Below are positions 36,624-46,063 of a DNA stretch of 64,000 nt, in pieces. Source of the DNA: Vicinamibacteria bacterium (lineage in GTDB: Bacteria; Acidobacteriota; Vicinamibacteria; Marinacidobacterales; Marinacidobacteraceae); assembly GCA_965199715.1 (NCBI GenBank), contig OZ241322.1, positions 958,638 to 1,022,637 on the forward strand. Reading direction: 5' to 3'. The position numbers were made by a program, and so were the translations under genes. The notes under the pieces were generated by a model. The model worked only from the letters and a program-made list of their open reading frames with translations. It searched no databases and was not told where the DNA came from. Each line of letters begins with the position of its first letter. The stretch's first letter is position 1.

Positions 36624-37825
36624 GCGGCGCGTTCCAGGCTCGCGCGGACCCTGGCGAGCGCCGCGCCGGCGAGCGCGCGAATCGGCTCCTCGGGAATCTT
36701 GTCGACGAGCTCGCCGGCGAACGCCCGCACGAGCATCTCGCGGGAGTCGAGACGGCCGAGCCCCCGCGAGCGCAGGTAGAACAGCGCGTCCGGGTCCAGC
36801 TTGCCGATCGCCGCGCCGTGGGCGCACTTCACGTCGTCGGCGTGGATCTCGAGGCCCGGGTGGGTGTGGACGCGGGCGTCTCCGGAAAGCAGCAGGTTCC
36901 GGTTCGACTGGCTGGCGTCCGAGCCGATGGCTCCGTGGGCGACGACGACCTTGCCGTCGAACACCGCGCTGGACTTGTCGGCGAGCACGTTCTTGAAGAG
37001 TTGCCGGCTCGTCGTGTGGCGCGCCTCGTGGACCGCGAGCGTGTGCTGGTCGGCCTTCGCCGCGCCGACTCCGAGGAAGAGCCCCTCGAGATCGATCTCC
37101 GCCCCCGCCTCGGCGAGCAGCGCGACGGCGTCGGTGCGCGACACGCCGCCGGTCAGCGACAGCGCCGTGGAGTGCGCCCGGGCGTCCCGGCCCAGTTGGA
37201 ACGTGACCCGCCCGGTGTGGGCGATGGCGCCGGTCTCGAGCTCGACCCGCACGTAGCGGAGCCGGGCGTTGTCGCCGACCCGGCAGACCGTGGCGGCGTT
37301 CGTCCAGCCGGGATCGGCGCAGGCGCCGTCGTGCGCCTCGACGACCGTGAGGCTCGCGCCGGGCTCCACCTCGATGAGCGAACGCGGGTGCAGCATCGCC
37401 GAGCCGCCGGCGCTCCGGCGGGAGTACAGCAGCACCGGCCCCGCCTCCCGGCCCCGGGCGAGGCGGACCCGGAAACCGCAGTCGGAGAGCCCCTCGCCGA
37501 GCGCGTCGAGCGGACCGGGGGCGGGCGTCGCGGCCGGGTCCGACGCCGCGGCCGAGACGCTCAGCCCGTCCGCGTCGCGCTCCGGAGTGAGCGGAACGCC
37601 GTCGCCGAGGATCGCGCGGCGTTCGAAGCCCTCGGTCCACGCCGGCGGCGCGGCCGGCTCCGAGGGGAGGCGCGTCCATGCGACCTTGCCGAGCCCGTCG
37701 AGGCCGGAGAAGCGCCAATCCTCGCGCCGCGCGGTCGGGAATCCCCCGGCGGCGAAGAAGTCCCGCACGCGGGCGCGGCGCTCGGGGCTGCCCGCCGGGA
37801 CCTGCCCGAGGTAGTGCGCTTCCAA
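36620..37825 (-). CDS. sufD: Fe-S cluster assembly protein SufD
   Basis: 401-aa ORF (TTG start) between sufC and sufS. C-terminal HGAAIGKLDPDALFYLRSRGL block typical of SufD. Confidence 0.85.
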   Translation of the reverse strand: MEAHYLGQVPAGSPERRARVRDFFAAGGFPTARREDWRFSGLDGLGKVAWTRLPSEPAAPPAWTEGFERRAILGDGVPLTPERDADGLSVSAAASDPAATPAPGPLDALGEGLSDCGFRVRLARGREAGPVLLYSRRSAGGSAMLHPRSLIEVEPGASLTVVEAHDGACADPGWTNAATVCRVGDNARLRYVRVELETGAIAHTGRVTFQLGRDARAHSTALSLTGGVSRTDAVALLAEAGAEIDLEGLFLGVGAAKADQHTLAVHEARHTTSRQLFKNVLADKSSAVFDGKVVVAHGAIGSDASQSNRNLLLSGDARVHTHPGLEIHADDVKCAHGAAIGKLDPDALFYLRSRGLGRLDSREMLVRAFAGELVDKIPEEPIRALAGAALARVRASLERAA

Positions 37826-37832
37826 GGGGGTC

Positions 37833-38582
37833 TCAGGCGGCGGACTTCCCGTACCCCACCGACTCGATCCGCAGCGCGAGGCCGGGACCGCCGGACTCGA
37901 CGATCCGGCCGTCCTGGAGGATGTGGACTCGATCCGGAACGATGTGGTTCAAGAGGCGCTGGTAGTGGGTGATGACGAGGAAGCTCCGCTCCGGCGAGCG
38001 CATCCGGTTGACTCCGTCGGCGACCACGCGCAGCGCGTCCACGTCGAGGCCGGAATCGGTCTCGTCCAGAACCGCCAGCGTGGGTTCCAACACGCTCATC
38101 TGGAGGATCTCGTTCCGCTTCTTCTCGCCGCCGGAGAAGCCCTCGTTCACCGGCCGCTTGATGAGGTCGGGGCTCAGGTCGAGCCGCTTCACCCGTTCGC
38201 GAATCAGGCCGAGGAAATCCACGGCGTCCAGCTCCGGCTGGCCCCGGTGCTTGCGGACCTCGTTCACCGCGGCCTTCAGGAAGTACGTGTTGTTCACGCC
38301 GGGGATCTCGACCGGGTACTGGAAGGCGAGGAAGACGCCCTTCCGCGCCCGGGTCTCGGGTTCGAGGTCGCCGAGATCCTCGCCCCGGAACCGGATCGTC
38401 CCGGCGGTGACCTCGTAGCCCTCACGGCCGGCGATCACGTTGGCCAGCGTGCTCTTGCCCGAGCCGTTCGGGCCCATGACGGCGTGGACCTCGCCGGCGG
38501 GAACCTCGAGGTCCACGCCCAGGAGAATCTCCTTTCCGCCGACCGAGACGCGGAGGCCCTCGATCTCGAGCAGGGCGCTCAT
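37833..38582 (-). CDS. sufC: Fe-S cluster assembly ATPase SufC
   Basis: ATG at 38582 (ATGA overlap). Walker [10 protein letters not shown], signature FSGGEKKR, Walker [10 protein letters not shown]. Confidence 0.95.
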   Translation of the reverse strand: MSALLEIEGLRVSVGGKEILLGVDLEVPAGEVHAVMGPNGSGKSTLANVIAGREGYEVTAGTIRFRGEDLGDLEPETRARKGVFLAFQYPVEIPGVNNTYFLKAAVNEVRKHRGQPELDAVDFLGLIRERVKRLDLSPDLIKRPVNEGFSGGEKKRNEILQMSVLEPTLAVLDETDSGLDVDALRVVADGVNRMRSPERSFLVITHYQRLLNHIVPDRVHILQDGRIVESGGPGLALRIESVGYGKSAA

Positions 38583-40045
38583 CCGACCGCGCCCTCGAGG
38601 CTCACGCCGAGCAGCTTCTGCGCCTCGACCGCGAACTCCATCGGCAGCTCGGAAAGCACGTCGCGGGCGAACCCGTTCACGATCAGGGACACGGCTTCCT
38701 CCGGGTCGATGCCGCGCTGGCGGCAGTAGAAGAGCTGGTCCTCGCCGATTCGGGAGGTGGACGCCTCGTGCTCGAGCTGGGCCTCCGGGTTCGCCACGTC
38801 GATGTACGGGACGGTGTGCGCCCCCGAATCGGGCCCGATGAGGAGAGAGTCGCACTGCGAGAAATTGCGCGCGCCCGACGCCGCGGGCGTCACCTTGACC
38901 TGGCCCCGGTAGGTGTTTTGTCCGTGTCCGGCGGAAATCCCCTTCGAGATGATCGTGCTGCGGGTGTTCTTCCCGATGTGGATCATCTTGGTTCCGGTGT
39001 CGGCCTGCTGGCGGTTCGCGGTGATCGCGATCGAATGGAACTCGCCGACCGTGTCGTCGCCGAGCAGGATGCAGCTCGGATACTTCCAGGTGATCGCGGA
39101 GCCGGTCTCGACCTGCGTCCACGAGATGCGCGAGCGGTCGCCGAGGCACTTGCCGCGTTTGGTCACGAAGTTGTAGACGCCGCCCTTGCCGTCCTTGTCG
39201 CCGGGGTACCAGTTCTGGACCGTGGAGTACTTGATGCGGGCGTCGTCGAGGGCCACCAGCTCGACGACGGCGGCGTGAAGCTGGTTCTCGTCGCGCATCG
39301 GGGCGGTGCAGCCCTCGAGGTAGCTCACGTACGAGCCCTCGTCGGCCACGATGAGCGTCCGCTCGAACTGGCCGGTGTCGGAGGCGTTGATGCGGAAGTA
39401 CGTCGAAAGCTCCATCGGGCAGCGCACGCCCTTCGGGATGTATACGAAGGAGCCGTCCGAGAAGACCGCCGAGTTGAGGCAGGCGAAGAAGTTGTCCGAG
39501 TGGGGCACCACCGAGCCGAGGTACTTGCGAACGAGATCGGGGTGCTCGCGGACGGCCTCCGAGAAACTGCAGAAGATGACCCCCATCTCCGCCAGCTTCT
39601 CCTTGAACGTCGTGGCCACGGAGACGCTGTCGAAGACGGCGTCGACGGCCACGCCGGCGAGGCGCTGCTGCTCGACGAGGGGGATTCCGAGCTTCTCGTA
39701 GGTGCGCCGCAGCTCCGGATCCACGTCGTCGAGGGTCTTCGGGCCGTCCTTGACCGCGCTCTTGGGAGCCGCGTAGTAGCTGATGGCGTCGTAGTCGATG
39801 GGCGGATACGAGACCCTGGCCCAGTTGGGCTCGGTCATCTCCTTCCAGATCCGGTACGCCCGGAGCCGCCATTCGAGCAGCCACTCCGGCTCCTCCTTCT
39901 TCGCCGAGATCAGCCGGACGACGTCCTCCGAGAGGCCGGGCGGGACGCGCTCGGTCTCGATGTCGGTGACGAAGCCGTAGGCGTACTCGCGCTCGACGAG
40001 TTCCTCCACCTCGGCCGCGCCGAGCGATCGCCGTTGGTCGGGCAT
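38579..40045 (-). CDS. sufB: Fe-S cluster assembly scaffold SufB
   Basis: ATG at 40045, 488 aa. Highly conserved SufB blocks ([35 protein letters not shown]). Confidence 0.95.
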   Translation of the reverse strand: MPDQRRSLGAAEVEELVEREYAYGFVTDIETERVPPGLSEDVVRLISAKKEEPEWLLEWRLRAYRIWKEMTEPNWARVSYPPIDYDAISYYAAPKSAVKDGPKTLDDVDPELRRTYEKLGIPLVEQQRLAGVAVDAVFDSVSVATTFKEKLAEMGVIFCSFSEAVREHPDLVRKYLGSVVPHSDNFFACLNSAVFSDGSFVYIPKGVRCPMELSTYFRINASDTGQFERTLIVADEGSYVSYLEGCTAPMRDENQLHAAVVELVALDDARIKYSTVQNWYPGDKDGKGGVYNFVTKRGKCLGDRSRISWTQVETGSAITWKYPSCILLGDDTVGEFHSIAITANRQQADTGTKMIHIGKNTRSTIISKGISAGHGQNTYRGQVKVTPAASGARNFSQCDSLLIGPDSGAHTVPYIDVANPEAQLEHEASTSRIGEDQLFYCRQRGIDPEEAVSLIVNGFARDVLSELPMEFAVEAQKLLGVSLEGAVG

Positions 40046-40047
40046 GG

Positions 40048-40494
40048 TCACTGGAGCGCCGGAAGCTCGCGTCCGGGCGGGCGCGGCTCGAAGTCCTCGA
40101 GCAGGCCGGCGAGGGTCAGCCCGGACAGGGTCTCGAGCAGGCGTTCGTGGACCCGCGCCAGCGGCGTGCGCACCGAGCAGGTGGGCGTGAGCTCGCAGGC
40201 GCAGTCGTCGAGGAGGCACTCCACGAGGGCGAGCGGTCCCTCCACCGACTCGATCACTTCGCGGATGCGGATCTCGGCGGGGGGACGGGCGAGCCGGTAG
40301 CCGCCCCGCATCCCCTGTCGCGTGGCCAGAATCCCGCTCCGGCGCAGGCCCTGGAGCGTCTTGGCCGCGAGCTCGGGCGGAAGGCGGTGGCTCTCCGCCA
40401 CCCTTCGGGCGCTCAGGGTCTCGCCTTCGGGGAGCATGGCGAGATCGGACAGGGCCATGAGGGCGTAGTCGGTGCTCCGGGAGAGGCGGATCAT
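40048..40494 (-). CDS. Rrf2-family (IscR-like) transcriptional regulator of the suf operon
   Basis: ATG at 40494, 148 aa. N-terminal wHTH ([15 protein letters not shown]...) and a Cys cluster [14 protein letters not shown] suited to Fe-S binding. Confidence 0.85.
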   Translation of the reverse strand: MIRLSRSTDYALMALSDLAMLPEGETLSARRVAESHRLPPELAAKTLQGLRRSGILATRQGMRGGYRLARPPAEIRIREVIESVEGPLALVECLLDDCACELTPTCSVRTPLARVHERLLETLSGLTLAGLLEDFEPRPPGRELPALQ

Positions 40495-40569
40495 GTTGGG
40501 GGTCAACCGGCCTCGGCGAGGGGTCGGCGGCGCGCGGCCGCCGGACGGGAACTCGGCTTCGCTAAATCC

Positions 40570-40592
40570 GACTGATTGACTCGCACATTCTA
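40570..40592 (-). promoter_or_regulatory. Candidate suf promoter -10 (TAGAAT, 40592..40587) with an adjacent direct repeat GAGTCAATCAGTC as a possible Rrf2 operator
   Basis: The only AT-rich patch in the 95-nt spacer upstream of the Rrf2 gene. Minus strand reads GCTAGAATGTGCGAGTCAATCAGTCGGATTTAGC. Confidence 0.3.
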
Positions 40593-41912
40593 GCGCACCC
40601 GCGGGCCGCGGCGGGGCGCGACCCGTCGCGCCGGCGCGATTTCCGCCAGGTACCGGGCCCGAAGCGCTTCGACCGCGATCCGCGTCGCCATCGCCAGCCG
40701 GGCGTTCGAGCCTCCCCCGCCCGTCGGCTCGCCGACGCGGAATTGCCCCTGCATCCACAGGTCCCCGAGCAGTCCGCCGGTGTCGGTGAGCGACAGCAAG
40801 CGCCGGTCCGACGCGAGCGACTCGCACCGGGAATGGCCGCTGTCGTCGCGCCAGAGCACCTGCACTTCGGCGGGGCGCAGCGAGTTCAGGAAGGAGGGCG
40901 AGTGGGTCGTCGCGAGAACCTGGGTCGAACGGGCGGCCTCGCGGCATTCCTCGCCCAGGTCCTGAAGGAGCCGCGGATGGAGGAAGTTCTCCGGCTCCTC
41001 CATTCCGATGAACGGAGGCGGCGCCGGGTCGCGGAGCAGGATCAGGTACGCGAGCAGCTTCAGCGTGCCGTCCGACGCGAACCGGGCCATGATCGGCTCG
41101 GAGAAGGGCGCGTCCTTGAGCACGAGGAGAAGCCGCCCGGCCGCGGCGCGGCGCGCTTGGGCCGATTCGAGTCGGGGCACTCGCTCGCGGAGCGCGGACA
41201 GGAGGAGCCTCAGACGCTCCGGCTCCGCTTCCTGCAGATGCTGGATCACGTTCGCGAGGTTGTGGCCAGTTCGGCTGAGCCGGGGCTGCGGCCCCGCCTC
41301 GGGCTGGCCGCGCGCCTCGGCGGTGGAGAACGACGAGAGGTGCCAGCCCCTGATGAAGTCGCGCAGCGCCACGACGCGCGGGTTGTTCGCCAGTTGGCCG
41401 AACGCGCCGACGGCGAGCATGTCCGGGGAGCTGAGCTGGATGTGCGCCCGCGGGTGCGTGAAGTCGGGCAACTCCTCGGAGACGAGGCTCCCCTTGCCCT
41501 GCGCGTAGCTGAGGAAGTCGAGGGGCTGCGCGTGGGTCTCGCGGCGCCACCGGAGCCACTCGTTCACGACGATCGGACGCCCTTCGCGCTCGTCCACTTC
41601 GAGACGGTAGGTGATGAGCGGGAACTGCGGGCGCTCCCGATAGGCGAGCTCGATCCGGACCGGGCCCTCGGCGCCTCTCGTCTTCAGCGCCGCGTTTCGT
41701 CCGCGCCGCTCCCACGCGCGCGACAGGCCGTCGTCGAAACATTCCGACAGGAAGGCGAACACGTCCACGAGCGTGGACTTCCCGCTGCCGTTCGGCCCCA
41801 CGAGCACCGTGAGGGGCTCGATGTCGCGGATCTCGAGGTCGTGGAGCGCACGGTAGTTCTGGACTCGAATCGCCTCGATGCGGATGGGATCGGGGCGCGG
41901 AGGCGCGTTCAT
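40590..41912 (-). CDS. ABC/AAA_15-AAA_21-type ATPase (COG4637-like; same broad class as OLD/PARIS-AriA/Septu-PtuA ATPases)
   Basis: ATG at 41912, 440 aa. Walker [10 protein letters not shown], signature-like ASDGTLKLL, Walker B/D-loop FIGMEEPENFLHP, H-loop LATTHSP. Confidence 0.8.
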   Translation of the reverse strand: MNAPPRPDPIRIEAIRVQNYRALHDLEIRDIEPLTVLVGPNGSGKSTLVDVFAFLSECFDDGLSRAWERRGRNAALKTRGAEGPVRIELAYRERPQFPLITYRLEVDEREGRPIVVNEWLRWRRETHAQPLDFLSYAQGKGSLVSEELPDFTHPRAHIQLSSPDMLAVGAFGQLANNPRVVALRDFIRGWHLSSFSTAEARGQPEAGPQPRLSRTGHNLANVIQHLQEAEPERLRLLLSALRERVPRLESAQARRAAAGRLLLVLKDAPFSEPIMARFASDGTLKLLAYLILLRDPAPPPFIGMEEPENFLHPRLLQDLGEECREAARSTQVLATTHSPSFLNSLRPAEVQVLWRDDSGHSRCESLASDRRLLSLTDTGGLLGDLWMQGQFRVGEPTGGGGSNARLAMATRIAVEALRARYLAEIAPARRVAPRRGPRVR

Positions 41913-41939
41913 CGCGAGACCGCCGCGGCGGATCCGCAC

Positions 41940-41963
41940 GGCGCCGGCGCCGGCGCCGGCGCC
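41940..41963. repeat. (GGCGCC)x4 palindromic hexanucleotide microsatellite
   Basis: Read directly from the sequence, 28 nt upstream of the ATPase start codon. Confidence 0.9.
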
Positions 41964-42301
41964 GGGATTCGATTGGACGTCATCGGGTTGCTGAGAATAC
42001 CGCGCCGGCGTCCGTCCTCGCGCACGTCGGGAACCCGCGCCAGGCCGCCGCACGCGAAATCGCGGCTCGCCGGAGCCGCGAACCGTCGAGCTTCGCGGCG
42101 GGTTCCGCCGCGCCACGGTGCGGCGCGCGCCTTCGGACCCTGCTGCTCGTCCTCGTCACGCCATTCCGGCGTGCGGGCCGGCGTTCGCGTCCGTGCCGCC
42201 GGGGGGCGGCGGGGGTCGGCGCGAGCAGGCGGCGGTCACGCCGGTTCTCGAGGATCGGGACGAGGACGAGATCGCCGCCGGCTGCGGGAGCCGCTGCGCG
42301 C

Positions 42302-42685
42302 CTAGCGCACCGCGATCGCGTCGATCTCGACGAGGAAGCCCTCGCCGGGGAGGCGGCCCGGCTCGATCGTGGTCCGCGCCGGGCGGTGGCCGTCGAACAT
42401 CCGCTCGTACACCGCGTTCATCTCGGCGAACCGGTCCATGTCGGCGACGAACACGCCGCAACGGACCACCTTGTCGAGGCCCGAACCGGCCGCTTCGAGG
42501 ATCGCCTTGACGTTCTTGAGCACCTGCTCGGTCTGGGCGGCCACGCCTTCCGGGGTCTCGCCGGTGGCGGGATCCACGCCCACCTGACCGGATACGAAGA
42601 CGAGTCCGCAGCCGGCCGCGCCGGGGCTGTACGGGCCCGCCGGCTTCGGGAGATGCGCGCCGGCGATGAGTTTCAGGTCGTTCAT
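42302..42685 (-). CDS. ridA: RidA (YjgF/TdcF) family reactive enamine/imine deaminase
   Basis: 127-aa ORF. GPYSPG, FVSGQ and RTTIE motifs. ATGA overlap with folA. Confidence 0.9.
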   Translation of the reverse strand: MNDLKLIAGAHLPKPAGPYSPGAAGCGLVFVSGQVGVDPATGETPEGVAAQTEQVLKNVKAILEAAGSGLDKVVRCGVFVADMDRFAEMNAVYERMFDGHRPARTTIEPGRLPGEGFLVEIDAIAVR

Positions 42686-43245
42686 GGGATTCCTCCGCGC
42701 CGGACGTGCCGGCGCCGGATGACGCCCGGATCGGTCGGGTCGGGCAGCGGCGGGCCGGCCCGCCAGCGGTTCGGATCCACCGCCGGGAACCGCGCGACCG
42801 CCTGCCCGGAAGCGACCGGGATCGGGTCGGGGATGTGGGTGACGTCAAGAAAGTCCGCGCGCTCCATGGCTTCGAGATAGACGCGCTCGCCGCCGAGGAA
42901 CCAGACGTCGCCCTCGGCGGCGGCGATCGCGTCGGCGAGCGAGGCGAAGCAGCGGGCGCCGGGAAGCTCCCGGCTCGTCAGGACGAAGTTCGTCCGACCG
43001 GGCACGGGGCGGCGGGGGACGTCCTCCCACGAGAGCCGTCCGAGGATGATCGTGCTGGCCCGGGTGAGCCGCCAGAGCCGCTTCACGTCCTTCGGCCGCC
43101 GCCACGGAATCCGCCCGTCCACCGCGAGGATCCCGCCCGCGGCCACTGCTGCGATGCTGGCCCGGAACGGCGACGGCGGAAGCACGTCGGGATCGGCCAG
43201 AAACTCCGCCACCGAAGCGGCGCTCCGGGGCCGGGGCCGCGTCAC
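42682..43245 (-). CDS. folA: Dihydrofolate reductase
   Basis: GTG at 43245 overlaps the thyA stop (GTGA). DGRIPW, IILGRLSWE, NFVLT and WFLGGERVY blocks. N-terminus is about 30 aa longer than usual, so a later start is possible. Confidence 0.8.
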   Translation of the reverse strand: MTRPRPRSAASVAEFLADPDVLPPSPFRASIAAVAAGGILAVDGRIPWRRPKDVKRLWRLTRASTIILGRLSWEDVPRRPVPGRTNFVLTSRELPGARCFASLADAIAAAEGDVWFLGGERVYLEAMERADFLDVTHIPDPIPVASGQAVARFPAVDPNRWRAGPPLPDPTDPGVIRRRHVRRGGIP

Positions 43246-44111
43246 ACCGCGACGCGGAAGCGGATCTCGGGGTGCGGGTCGTAGCCCTCGATCCGGAAGT
43301 GGGAGAGGATCGTCGCGGCGTCCTCGTCGAGCACCGAGAGCGCCCCGTCGAGCGACTCCCGGACCGTCTCCGAGAGGCGGAGGCGCGGCGGCCGACGCGG
43401 CTCCCGCAGAAGCTGCTTCCGCAGCCCGGGAACATGGTCGCCCCGCGCGCCCGACCCGTCGGCGGCGCTCGTGTAGATGTGGCCGTCCACGAGCGTGACG
43501 CCCAGCCGTCCCGGGCGCATCCCCGCCCACGCCGCGAACAGATGCAGCAGCAGCGAGTATCCCGCCACGTTGTAGGGCAGGCCGAGCGCGACGTCGCAGC
43601 TCCGCATCGTCAGGTGAAGATCGAGCCGCCAGCCGTCCGGCGCCGGCGTCCCGTGGAGGACGAACGTGTAGTGGCAGGGCGGCAGCGCGCTCTCGTGGGC
43701 GTTCTCCGGCGCCCACGCGCTCACCACCAGGCGGCGCGACGCCGGATTGCGACGCAACTCGTCGATGACCCAGCGGATCTGGTCGCGCGGCCCCTCCGAG
43801 CCGGGATGCTCCCGCCAGAACTGGCCGTAGGCGCTCGGCACCCGCAGCGTCCGGGGATCGGCCCAAGGATCCCAGAAACGGCAGCCGTGGCGCCGCAGCA
43901 GCCCGATGTCGGACGCCCCGGACAGGAACCAGAGGTTCTCGACGACGATGTTCTTCCAGCTCACTCGCTTGGTCGTGAGCAGCGGAAAGCCGTCGTCCAT
44001 CGACGCGCCGAGGTGGACGTGGAAGCAGGAGAGGGTCTCGACCCCGGTGCGGTTCGGGCGGCGGACGCCTTCGTCGAGCACCTGGCGGACGAGGTCCAGG
44101 TACGCCCGCAT
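43242..44111 (-). CDS. thyA: Thymidylate synthase ThyA family (divergent)
   Basis: 289-aa ORF. NRTG, FPLLTTKR, LWFLSG, SRRLVVSAW, catalytic LPPCH, RSCDVALGLPYNV, IEGYDPHP and a C-terminal ..VAV. Confidence 0.85.
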   Translation of the reverse strand: MRAYLDLVRQVLDEGVRRPNRTGVETLSCFHVHLGASMDDGFPLLTTKRVSWKNIVVENLWFLSGASDIGLLRRHGCRFWDPWADPRTLRVPSAYGQFWREHPGSEGPRDQIRWVIDELRRNPASRRLVVSAWAPENAHESALPPCHYTFVLHGTPAPDGWRLDLHLTMRSCDVALGLPYNVAGYSLLLHLFAAWAGMRPGRLGVTLVDGHIYTSAADGSGARGDHVPGLRKQLLREPRRPPRLRLSETVRESLDGALSVLDEDAATILSHFRIEGYDPHPEIRFRVAV

Positions 44112-45242
44112 CTACGCCAGCAGGTCGGACAGCGCCTCGAGGAAGCGCGCTTCGTCGTCGAAGTCGTTGTAGAGGTGCGGCGTCACGCGCAGGGCGTCGC
44201 CCCGGACGCTGACGTGGACGTTCCGCGCGACGAGTCCGTCGCGCACCCGGACGGGGTCCGCCCCGCCTGGCAACGCGAGCGCGAGGTAGTGCGGAGCGCG
44301 GTTGCTCGCCGCGGCCGCGCAGCCAAGATCCCGGGCCGCCGCCTCGAGCCTCCCGGTCGTCGCTCCGACGGCGTCCGCGATGTTCGCCGGCCCCCATTCC
44401 AGAACCTGGCGGACCGCGGCGAGCGCCGCCGGGACCAGCGCGAAGTTGGAGCGTTCGCCGGCGTCAAGCCCGGCGCCGCCGGGAAGCCGCTCGCCGGTGT
44501 AATCGACGAGGCGCGCGAAGTTGCGGGCGTTCGCCCGCTGGATCCAGTTCTCCTCCAGCGGCTCGGCGCCCTCGGGGACGACGGCCCAGCCGAGCGAGTA
44601 CGGCGCCATGAGCCACTTGTAGAACGCCCCGGCGGCGAAGTCCGGCCGCACGCGCGCCAGGTCCGGATCGAGGACCCCCGCCGACTGGGTGAGGTCCAGA
44701 ACCAGCTTCGCCCCGACGGCGCGGACCGCCACGCCGATCCGCACGAGGTCGAACACGCCGCCGTCGGTCCAGTGGACCTGCGGCAGCGCCACGACCGCGA
44801 CGCGCTCGTCGATCTCGCCGAGGACGGCTTCGGTCCAGTCGAGGTCGTCCGGCCGGGGCGCAAGAACGAGCTCGCCGCCGGTCCGCCGAGCGAGTTCCCG
44901 CCACGGATAGACGTTCGAGGGGAACTGGTCCTCGGCGACGAGGATGCGCTGACCGGGCGCCGGATGGACGTTCCGGGCGGCGAGCGAGAGCCCGTAGCTG
45001 GCCGACGTGGTCAGCGCGATGCGCCCGGAGTCGATTCCGAGGAGCTCGCCCATGGACTCCCGCAGCGCCTCCGAGTCGTCGAAGAAGTCCGCGACCGAAA
45101 TCTCCCACGGGCGCCGCTTCCGGGCGAGGGCGTCCATCCCCGCCCGCAGCACCCGGTCGGAGAGCGGGGACATGTAGGCGCAGTTCAGATAGGCGACCTC
45201 CCGCGGGACGTCGAACCGGCCTCGCTGCGAGCCGAGGATCAT
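44112..45242 (-). CDS. Class V-fold PLP-dependent enzyme (aminotransferase class V / NifS-like family)
   Basis: ATG at 45242 (ATGA overlap), 376 aa. Putative PLP lysine in AGAFYKWLMAPYSLG. TAG stop directly abuts the thyA ATG. Confidence 0.8.
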   Translation of the reverse strand: MILGSQRGRFDVPREVAYLNCAYMSPLSDRVLRAGMDALARKRRPWEISVADFFDDSEALRESMGELLGIDSGRIALTTSASYGLSLAARNVHPAPGQRILVAEDQFPSNVYPWRELARRTGGELVLAPRPDDLDWTEAVLGEIDERVAVVALPQVHWTDGGVFDLVRIGVAVRAVGAKLVLDLTQSAGVLDPDLARVRPDFAAGAFYKWLMAPYSLGWAVVPEGAEPLEENWIQRANARNFARLVDYTGERLPGGAGLDAGERSNFALVPAALAAVRQVLEWGPANIADAVGATTGRLEAAARDLGCAAAASNRAPHYLALALPGGADPVRVRDGLVARNVHVSVRGDALRVTPHLYNDFDDEARFLEALSDLLA

Positions 45243-46063
45243 CGCCGCGCTTCCAGCATCTCCCTCAGCTTCCGCACCGTGGTCTCCACCTTGAACCGCA
45301 TCCCCTGCTCGCCGAGTTCGGGCGACGCGAGCGTCGGGTCGCCCCGGACGCCGGAGCCCTCGAACCCGCCGTCCTTCACGCGCGCCTCGGGGCGGATCTG
45401 GTCCGGGTCCACGAACCAGAGCTGGCTCGTGTCGGTGATCCCGGCGTGGCTGCCGATGTCCTCGCGCGAAAACCCCTGCTCGGCGAGCCATTCGCCGAAG
45501 CCGTTCCCCCGGTAGTAGTCCGGCACGTACAGCACCCGCGCCGGATTCCCGGCGACCTCCCACTCCGCGTTCAGCGTCTCGGCGACCTCGGCCATGCCGC
45601 GCTGGTTGCCGCCGCTGTCGCCGATGAAGACGACGTTCGTGAAGTCGTGGAGAGCGAAGCTGCGGGCGGTGTACTCGAGCAGCGCCTTGAAGTGCTCCTG
45701 CGGCAGGGTGATCGCGCCCGGATACCGCATGTGGCCGCTCGGCGGGTCGATTCCGCCTTCGGGGACGTAGGCGATCACCGGCGCGACGAGCGCGTTCCCG
45801 ATCTCGCGCGCGATCCGCTCGGCGGCGTGGCGGATGATGAAGTTGTGCTTGCCGAGCACCATGTGGGGGCCGTTCTGCTCGGTGCCGCCGGTGGCCACGA
45901 TGACGGTGTCCGTCCCGGCGCGCACCCGGGCGCCCACCTCGGTCCAGGTGAGTTCGGCGACGAAGACCGTGTCCGGACCGGGGCTCGCGCCCTCGGGGGC
46001 GGCCACGATCTGGGCGGAGGCCGGCGGGGCCAGCAGGAGGATGAGGGCGGCGATGCGGGTCAT
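45239..46063 (-). CDS. Creatininase-family amidohydrolase with signal peptide
   Basis: ATG at 46063. MTRIAALILLLAPPASAQ signal peptide and GGTEQNGPHM metal-site block typical of the creatininase family. Confidence 0.8.
   Translation of the reverse strand: MTRIAALILLLAPPASAQIVAAPEGASPGPDTVFVAELTWTEVGARVRAGTDTVIVATGGTEQNGPHMVLGKHNFIIRHAAERIAREIGNALVAPVIAYVPEGGIDPPSGHMRYPGAITLPQEHFKALLEYTARSFALHDFTNVVFIGDSGGNQRGMAEVAETLNAEWEVAGNPARVLYVPDYYRGNGFGEWLAEQGFSREDIGSHAGITDTSQLWFVDPDQIRPEARVKDGGFEGSGVRGDPTLASPELGEQGMRFKVETTVRKLREMLEARR

Noticed and set aside
42030-42106. Nested inverted repeats in the ATPase upstream spacer: a 9-bp outer stem ggaacccgc/gcgggttcc enclosing three short hairpins, suggestive of a structured RNA.
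   Set aside because: With this base composition, my rough estimate is that a few 9-bp inverted repeats are expected by chance in a 390-nt GC-rich spacer. The structure is symmetric on both strands and matches no motif I know. Covariation analysis would be needed.
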